From a virus, in the IMG/VR virus record IMGVR_UViG_3300033388_002987, positions 53,955-117,954 of that record: a stretch of DNA of 64,000 nt, one strand, 5' to 3'. The translations under genes and the position numbers were made by a program. Shown piece after piece: positions 57,757 to 64,000 of this stretch. Positions within the stretch are counted from its first letter, which is position 1; each line of letters starts with the position of its first letter. The notes below the pieces were generated by a model. The model saw nothing but the letters and a program-made list of their open reading frames with translations. It was not told the origin of the DNA and did no database searches.

Positions 57757-58746
57757 TTAGTACGGTGTTTTTTCTATTGTTACTGATGCAGTATGTATAG
57801 TTATTTCAGTCCCATTACTTTTAACGTATAAATGAATATCATCATTAACATTAAAACTTGACATGAATGAATACTGAAAAGTGACAGTTGCTAATGTACC
57901 TTTTCCAACTTCTGATGCATGAAATCCTGTAGGTAGATTATCTACATATAATTCTACCTCACATATATCATTAATAGGTATATTAGCAGTAATAACCCCA
58001 TAAACTTTGTATATACCTACAGATTCTATAAGCATACTACTAGTAGGTATATCATAACTAATATCAGTTCCCCCATTATCAACAACTGCTGATGTCATCC
58101 ACAGTAACTTTTCAGCGACATCACCAACTAGCACCTGTGGTGCTAGAGGAGAAGTAGTAGCAATACTAATTGCTGACGGTGTAGTGTTTACTTGTTGACT
58201 AAGTGAAGAAATGAGAGCACTTAGGCTGCCCTCAACCCATGCACCCCATACAGCTACACCAACTTTCTGTCTTATATACTCTTTACCGTCAGACGTCTCT
58301 ATGAGCCTCTGAACAATGATATCTGTTCCACCAGTAACTTCAGTAGTTACAGTTAGTTCACCACTAGTTAAGCTAAACGGTAAGTTGTTTACGTCTGTAA
58401 CATTATACATACCAGCAATGTATAACCCTGTATCATCAATATTATTAGTACTAACTACTGTAGTGAGCTCACCACGTACTTTATTCGCTGTAATAGCTGT
58501 AGTATTAACCTTACGATTAGCCTCTACCTCATCAATAGCTGTTGTAGTAGTTACTGCTGCTATTCCTTCAGTAGATGTAAATGTCACATCATCTGCACTA
58601 ACATCAATCCAGGCAACATCATAATCAGTACCTGTCTGCTTAGCTAGAACTTGCTTAGTAACACCACCTGGATGTGTACTAGCCCCTGGAGTACCTGGTG
58701 CACCTTGTGGACCTGCTACTATAACCTCTGTAACTGTAATTCCCAT
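57757..58746 (-). CDS. tail fibre/minor tail protein
   Basis: Short collagen-like GPQGAPGTPG, GGVTKQVLAKQTGTDYDVAW fibre motif, TNF/C1q-like C-terminus. Confidence 0.65.
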   Translation of the reverse strand: MGITVTEVIVAGPQGAPGTPGASTHPGGVTKQVLAKQTGTDYDVAWIDVSADDVTFTSTEGIAAVTTTTAIDEVEANRKVNTTAITANKVRGELTTVVSTNNIDDTGLYIAGMYNVTDVNNLPFSLTSGELTVTTEVTGGTDIIVQRLIETSDGKEYIRQKVGVAVWGAWVEGSLSALISSLSQQVNTTPSAISIATTSPLAPQVLVGDVAEKLLWMTSAVVDNGGTDISYDIPTSSMLIESVGIYKVYGVITANIPINDICEVELYVDNLPTGFHASEVGKGTLATVTFQYSFMSSFNVNDDIHLYVKSNGTEITIHTASVTIEKTPY

Positions 58747-59159
58747 TATTTAACCCTTCCGCTTATACTTCTTGAAATTGTAAAGTCTCCTGATAAAATA
58801 GTAGTAATCTCATCAGCTCCTAAATGTGTATTATGTAATTCTATATCATAGTATGCAGTAAGTTTCTTACGTTCTTTGCTATCGTAGTTAAGTATAGCAA
58901 CAGTGTCATCACTAGAGAACTTAATCTCTATAGTGTACGTTTGTGTGTTTACATCATACACAAATGTAGTACCTTCTTGTTCTGGAACTATAAAGGCATC
59001 ATCCAGAGCTTTCCGTTTAATCCCCATAACAATAGAGACATCAGTAGATACATCAATAACAGCCCCGTCCTCGTCTTTTACTACTAATCTGATAAACTCA
59101 GTATCACCAGCTATAAAATGTATTGGATAATTAACCTCTTTAACCTTATTAAATGCCAT
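58746..59159 (-). CDS. BppU-like tail adaptor/Ig-fold protein
   Basis: FIAGDT...KDEDGAVIDV...YYDIEL...TILSGDFTI pattern. Confidence 0.6.
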   Translation of the reverse strand: MAFNKVKEVNYPIHFIAGDTEFIRLVVKDEDGAVIDVSTDVSIVMGIKRKALDDAFIVPEQEGTTFVYDVNTQTYTIEIKFSSDDTVAILNYDSKERKKLTAYYDIELHNTHLGADEITTILSGDFTISRSISGRVK

Positions 59160-59171
59160 TTACTAATCTCC

Positions 59172-59609
59172 TTATATTATCTGAAGGGTGATATCCTCAC
59201 CTCGTCCAATTGCTTCTATTACTTGGGTATACAGTTCTATGTAGTTTAATACACTTCTACCAACTGATTGAGTGTTACCAAATACACAGCTATTACCAAT
59301 AAGTATACATCCATCAGTATCCTTATTAGTATTACCTGTATGGATATACACCCATTCAAAGCCTGGAACATCTTGTAACCATAACATCCCATGATGTTTA
59401 TTACCGTACTTATTAGTATACTTACTATGCATTCCACCAGTAGCACGTAATTTAACCTGATACTCACCAGCAGGTATCCTAGTCTCTCCAGGAATCTTAA
59501 TATCATTATGAGTGTCCTCTAAAGTAAACCCATTAAACAATCCATTCACATGCATAGTCCCGATAGTACTGCGTCCATTATCATTTAACCTAAGTAACTG
59601 TAAAAACAT
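59172..59609 (-). CDS. DUF5675-family protein, putative endolysin (L,D-peptidase-like)
   Basis: STIG...FTLED...KIPGETRIPAGEY...DVPGF..VYIHTGN...TDGCILIG. Confidence 0.75.
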   Translation of the reverse strand: MFLQLLRLNDNGRSTIGTMHVNGLFNGFTLEDTHNDIKIPGETRIPAGEYQVKLRATGGMHSKYTNKYGNKHHGMLWLQDVPGFEWVYIHTGNTNKDTDGCILIGNSCVFGNTQSVGRSVLNYIELYTQVIEAIGRGEDITLQII

Positions 59610-60103
59610 TACTGCACTTTACTAAGTTCAGATAATGCACCATAGTTCCTGTTAAGTAATCCGCTATGTTCTATCAATTTATCATCCACATACTTATCTC
59701 TGATAACACTAGCAGAGGCATGTGAAGTACTGGCATTATCAAGTTTATGTATTTGCTGTGTGGCATATACTCCAAAGATTATAGCATATGTTACAAGGGA
59801 ACCTAGTACCCACTTTAACACCCAATTAGGTAGCTTATTGCGAGATTCCTCTACTATATCACCTAACTTATCAGCATTATCCCTGATATTAGTATGTACC
59901 CTACCAAAAGACTCTTTAAGATTCTCATCTATATTATTAACACGCTCCATTAATACATTTTGGGTTGAAAGTACATCTATAATATCCTCCATCTTTCTAT
60001 TAGTGGTCCCAACAGCTTCTGCTAAATGTTCTATAGATTGACTCATAACTTCTATATGCTTATCATGAGTAAATACTAGATCTTTAACCTCTTCGTCTTT
60101 CAT
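59609..60103 (-). CDS. putative holin/lysis membrane protein (coiled coil plus one TM)
   Basis: Heptad region followed by WVLKWVLGSLVTYAIIFGVYA; TAATG-coupled to the endolysin candidate. Confidence 0.5.
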   Translation of the reverse strand: MKDEEVKDLVFTHDKHIEVMSQSIEHLAEAVGTTNRKMEDIIDVLSTQNVLMERVNNIDENLKESFGRVHTNIRDNADKLGDIVEESRNKLPNWVLKWVLGSLVTYAIIFGVYATQQIHKLDNASTSHASASVIRDKYVDDKLIEHSGLLNRNYGALSELSKVQ

Positions 60104-60199
60104 GCCTTACCTTTGTTATTTTATACTTCCAATACTACTCAAGCAGTTTAAAAGTATTTGTATTCTACCATATTCTAAAGCAAACTCAATTAAAGTTTA

Positions 60200-60433
60200 C
60201 TAACTTCTCCACCGCTTAAGCATAAGCTTAGTATGTAGTATCCAGCAAAAACATTGAGCAACTACAGCAATACCTGTGCCAAACATTATATGCTTACTCC
60301 AAAGACATTTAGTAAATGCACTAAAACTACACTTTACATCATGCACCTTACAGCACGGCCATATGTCAACTAGCACACCACTCCAGTTAATCCATCTCTC
60401 AAAAAATAAACTACAGTAATCTTCTTGAATCAT
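60200..60433 (-). CDS. small phospholipase A2-like (CCxxHD) protein
   Basis: DYCSLF...PCCKVHD; hydrophobic C-terminus; ATGA overlap with the upstream gene. Confidence 0.5.
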   Translation of the reverse strand: MIQEDYCSLFFERWINWSGVLVDIWPCCKVHDVKCSFSAFTKCLWSKHIMFGTGIAVVAQCFCWILHTKLMLKRWRS

Positions 60434-60729
60434 TTACTAAGCTCTACTTGTATAGCTGCAAATACTTCTAATGCTACACTCACAGTAGGTGATGGGTTAA
60501 CATCTAATCCTAAATGTACTATTAATTCTTGTAGAGTACTTGCCATTAGATTTAACTGTGTGTCTCTATCTGCTATACTACCAGTAATTGCTATTTCCTT
60601 GTTGGCACTTTCTTTACTTTTAGTAGTAGACACTAGTGTAGCCGTTTGAGGCTTTACTAGGAAGCTTGCGCTTCCGTCAATATTTTTACTTCGTTCTCTA
60701 GGATTATTTATATATTCTACGGCACTCAT
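60430..60729 (-). CDS. hypothetical protein (99 aa), possible tail-fibre-associated protein
   Basis: Directly follows the large receptor-binding protein. Confidence 0.6.
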   Translation of the reverse strand: MSAVEYINNPRERSKNIDGSASFLVKPQTATLVSTTKSKESANKEIAITGSIADRDTQLNLMASTLQELIVHLGLDVNPSPTVSVALEVFAAIQVELSK

Positions 60730-60730
60730 C

Positions 60731-63700
60731 TTATGACTCCTCAGTTAATGCTATATAGATATTTTCAGTTTTAGTATCTATATCTTTGTGGGTAGGTTTA
60801 TGTGCTATCTGAGTACCCTTTACTGCACTCATTTCATTCGCTTCGTAAAGCTCTTTGATTAGTAAATCTTCAGGAGTATCTTTAGCTATTGCTAGAAATA
60901 TGTAAGTACCGCCATTGCTATTTGAGTTTGATACATCAGCAAGATGAGTAAACCCAGTTGAAGTTAAATCTATATAATCATTCCAAAGTGCATTTTCAAT
61001 ATCAGATGCACTAGCTTTCAGCCCTCCTTCGTTTCTAGCAGAATCAATTATTAACCAATCACTAACACCATCAGTTCTCTTAATCATAACCCAAGCTGGT
61101 TCAAAACCACAATCAACTACATTACCAGTAGCACCAGTACCAGTATAACTACCTACTTTACATAGTCCTTCTACTGATGTGAATAGGTAAGCAATCATGT
61201 TACTTCCACTGTTGTTAGGATAATCTGTTGCAGACACAGTGAATGTATCTACACCATAGCCTATATCGAAGCCACCAGTAGTTACCGCTTGTGTTGTATC
61301 TAGGTACATATAATCACCAGTATCAGAGTTAGGTATATAAGTACCTTGTACTACCCAATTACCAGTACCACCATCTCTCTTTTTAATTATAGAAAGGACT
61401 TCACCGCTAAGGTCTAATCCACTTCCAACTGTTCCAACCGCACCAGTACCAACATAACTTGCTACACTCATAAAACTATTAGCCATAGTATTACTTGTAA
61501 TAGAACCAGCAGTGTTAGTAGGATTTTTAATAGGTAGTGAAGCACACCAAGCTACAAATGTTATAGAGTTTTCGTTTCCATTCACTTCACTGCCTAAATC
61601 TATACTAGATGCGTTAAAAGAAGTTAAAGAAGCTGCAACATTAACCTCTACATCTGTGTTGTCAGTTCTTAATCTATTTAAAGCTCCTCTTGTTGAGTCA
61701 TATATAAAGTTAGGTCTTGTTCCATTTCTTGATTTAATCCAACTAAAATCTACTCCACTAGTTATGCTAGTCATATCTATTGTCTGTGTAGCTCCATTAC
61801 CAGTATAAAGTACAGTCTCAAACTCATCATTAACATGAACTGCATTACCCTCTAAAGTAGCACCAATTTTCTTAATTAATGAAGTAGAGTTAACCCAATT
61901 ATCAAATGTTAAGTCCATACCTACATTGTCCGCTTCGCATACAAAAGTAGGAGTAAAAATTTGTTGATGTGGTAGGGTTGTTTTGCCTCTATTGTGGTAG
62001 TCAGTCTTTTCTTGGGCAGTCCATAAACCACTTATTATTTCAACTTGGTCTAGTGAGCCTCCATAGAAATATCCAAGTCCAGCTGCTCCTTCACCACAAC
62101 CAATTTTAGTTAAGTATGTTGATGTAACACTAATTGCACTAACTCCAATTGAAGATGCTACTAGAATATCATCAATGTATAATCTTAGAGAATCTACATC
62201 TCTTTCTGCCACTAATGAGTGTTCAACATTATCATCATATAACACTCCACTATTAGCACCAATATCAACTGTTGCCAATCCTACAACAAACCTAAATCCA
62301 GAAGCAGCACCAGTGTACTCTCCTATTGATATTGTATTAGAGTCACCAGTTCTTCCTGATTGAAAAATAAAGCTATTTGTTATATTGGAATGTTTAAATT
62401 TCATAGCTATTGTAAAGTTACCAGTGCCAAACTCACAAATTTCCGAGCCAATAGTATAATTAGATGTTGTTCCGTTAAATATGGCTCTTTGACCTAAATT
62501 ACTATCCTCATAAGCTACATCAGTTTGTGTGCCATTATACACACCAGTTGCATCAGCAACATTACTATCTAACATATATACAGCTAATTTACCAGTAGTA
62601 TAACTAGGGTCATTATAACTAGCACCAGTAGCAGTAATCTCTGCCATTGTCTCACCATCAGCACCTATATATAGCTTATCAGTAGCTAAGATTTCTCCGT
62701 TGACTATAAGGTTTCCAGTAGATTCTATAAGTTCCATTTCACCAATACCAAGATATGAAGCATCACCATTGTTTGCAGTCACAACTATTCTATAATAGCT
62801 ATATGTAGCTTCATTGTCGAATTCAAAATATTGAACTACATCATTCACCCAATTAGTAATTCCAACTTGTGTGTCTAGTATAACTTCTTCACCAGTAAAT
62901 GCACCAGTATTTGAACCTTCAATAGTCCAATCTTTAGGCATCCTATCTGTAAGGTTTATGTATGTTAATAGTGAGTATCTATTAATAGCTTTATCTGTAT
63001 TGAAGTAATATTGTAACCATCCAGTAGTTACAGCATCAGTCATCCATCCATTAGATGCACCTCCATCATCTGCTAAAACCTCCCAAGCTAGTGAAGTGGC
63101 CTCTTCTGTACTTGCACTTGCTGTTCCATTCGTTCCTACATTAGCACTATGAGTTTCTACTGCATCAACTGTACCATAAGGGATACTACCCAACACATTA
63201 GGTAACTCACTTATACTATAAGCATTAACTTGTGTACCACTCCAGTCACCAGTATTCAATGCAGTAGTAGGAGTAAAAGATTGACCGTGAGTATGTGATG
63301 TACCAGTAACAGTAACAGTAAACCATCCGCTATTAGAAGCACCATCAGTTAAATAAATACTATCTCCAGCAGTTACAGATACACTTGTCGTCAATGTTGT
63401 AGCATCAGCAGAAGTAAATACATTAGTACCATCTTGCTTGTCTATTTTAACTGACTCAAAAGAAGCTTCAGAAAGACTTACTTGTGCTTCAATATATTCC
63501 ATAGAGCCTATAGCTAATAATCCATCCCCATTATTTGCTGATACATTGATTCTATAGTATGCAAATGATGTACTATTAGAGAATGTAAAAGTGCGAGTTT
63601 CTGTAGTCCATCCAGTTTGATTTGTAACAGTATCTACAACAACTTCCTCACCAGTAAATGCACCAGTATTTGAACCTTCAATAGTCCAATCTTTAGGTAG

Positions 63701-64000
63701 TCGTGCAGGAACAGTTCCAAGTAGCGTGTTACTAGATACAGTATATTTATTGTAAACTTTTGTAGATTCAGGATTCCATACCACCCATCCAGTTGAAGAA
63801 GCCAAAGTTAGCCAATAATATGTATCTCCAATGCCTACATCATTAAACATTAAGTAAGGCTCATATGAAGAACTTTGAACTGTAGATGCACTTAAGACTC
63901 CACTCGGAGCAGTATTACTAGTCATTGTTGGTACATCATCAATAGTGCTACCATTACTAGTACCATCTCCACCTATCATAGTAGCTAGTAAACCTTCGTC
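60731..64000 (-). CDS. multi-domain tail fibre/receptor-binding protein, probably 5'-partial
   Basis: The frame is open to the window edge. Two F5/8-type (discoidin-like) modules (PKDWTIEGSN...YYRI), a LamG/ConA-like domain, and a C-terminal LYTGNG...WIKSR...YTGTG module. Confidence 0.75.
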   Translation of the reverse strand, partial: DEGLLATMIGGDGTSNGSTIDDVPTMTSNTAPSGVLSASTVQSSSYEPYLMFNDVGIGDTYYWLTLASSTGWVVWNPESTKVYNKYTVSSNTLLGTVPARLPKDWTIEGSNTGAFTGEEVVVDTVTNQTGWTTETRTFTFSNSTSFAYYRINVSANNGDGLLAIGSMEYIEAQVSLSEASFESVKIDKQDGTNVFTSADATTLTTSVSVTAGDSIYLTDGASNSGWFTVTVTGTSHTHGQSFTPTTALNTGDWSGTQVNAYSISELPNVLGSIPYGTVDAVETHSANVGTNGTASASTEEATSLAWEVLADDGGASNGWMTDAVTTGWLQYYFNTDKAINRYSLLTYINLTDRMPKDWTIEGSNTGAFTGEEVILDTQVGITNWVNDVVQYFEFDNEATYSYYRIVVTANNGDASYLGIGEMELIESTGNLIVNGEILATDKLYIGADGETMAEITATGASYNDPSYTTGKLAVYMLDSNVADATGVYNGTQTDVAYEDSNLGQRAIFNGTTSNYTIGSEICEFGTGNFTIAMKFKHSNITNSFIFQSGRTGDSNTISIGEYTGAASGFRFVVGLATVDIGANSGVLYDDNVEHSLVAERDVDSLRLYIDDILVASSIGVSAISVTSTYLTKIGCGEGAAGLGYFYGGSLDQVEIISGLWTAQEKTDYHNRGKTTLPHQQIFTPTFVCEADNVGMDLTFDNWVNSTSLIKKIGATLEGNAVHVNDEFETVLYTGNGATQTIDMTSITSGVDFSWIKSRNGTRPNFIYDSTRGALNRLRTDNTDVEVNVAASLTSFNASSIDLGSEVNGNENSITFVAWCASLPIKNPTNTAGSITSNTMANSFMSVASYVGTGAVGTVGSGLDLSGEVLSIIKKRDGGTGNWVVQGTYIPNSDTGDYMYLDTTQAVTTGGFDIGYGVDTFTVSATDYPNNSGSNMIAYLFTSVEGLCKVGSYTGTGATGNVVDCGFEPAWVMIKRTDGVSDWLIIDSARNEGGLKASASDIENALWNDYIDLTSTGFTHLADVSNSNSNGGTYIFLAIAKDTPEDLLIKELYEANEMSAVKGTQIAHKPTHKDIDTKTENIYIALTEES
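62889..62938. repeat. 50-nt exact direct repeat, copy 1
   Basis: TCACCAGTAAATGCACCAGTATTTGAACCTTCAATAGTCCAATCTTTAGG, identical to 63648-63697. Confidence 0.9.
63648..63697. repeat. 50-nt exact direct repeat, copy 2
   Basis: Identical to 62889-62938; encodes PKDWTIEGSNTGAFTGE. Confidence 0.9.

Noticed and set aside
1-64000. tRNA genes, inteins, group I introns, alternative genetic code, N4-type hairpin early promoters
   Set aside because: No tRNA cloverleaf or T-loop signatures were seen, NrdA and the helicase are of normal length, long ORFs read cleanly in code 11, and no convincing vRNAP promoter hairpins were found (early region likely outside the window)

Overview
This window is about 64 kb of an AT-rich, tightly packed bacteriophage genome with N4-like (Schitoviridae-related) architecture. 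It contains two convergent gene blocks. The + strand block (1-28195) holds replication and nucleotide-metabolism genes: MoxR-type AAA ATPase, vWA/HExxH protein, T7-type family A DNA polymerase lacking its exonuclease half, DEDD exonuclease, a split N4 gp43-like ATPase/primase, RusA-like resolvase, PD-(D/E)XK nuclease, AAA_24 ATPase plus SSB, NrdAB, two MazG-like enzymes, DNA ligase, guanylate-kinase-like and ClpP-like proteins, PIN-PhoH, SF1 helicase and homing endonucleases. The - strand block (28485-64000) is the virion module, in N4 gene order: tail/receptor-binding proteins, lysis genes, portal, gp58/gp57-like, major capsid protein, gp55/54/53/52/51-like proteins, then a virion RNA polymerase locus split into three large ORFs. 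The standout observations are as follows. (1) An acyl carrier protein, a minimal Cys-His-His ketosynthase and a GNAT-like protein are translationally coupled between the gp54- and gp53-like genes, a candidate phage protein-lipidation system. (2) The three vRNAP-locus proteins (about 4,500 aa) appear to contain only four cysteines, all at the termini facing the gene junctions, suggesting a disulfide-linked ejection chain. (3) A bipartite cluster of DnaA-box-like 9-mers flanks a 34-codon ORF at the convergence point. (4) RBS-sequestering hairpins with internal -10 boxes recur upstream of nuclease genes. A Campylobacterota-like host is inferred, not proven, from AAGGA RBSs, TGn-TATAAT promoters and TTATTCACA boxes. 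I saw no terminase, N4-type RNAP II, tRNA or CRISPR array in the window. All family assignments come from motif recognition by eye; no database searches were run.
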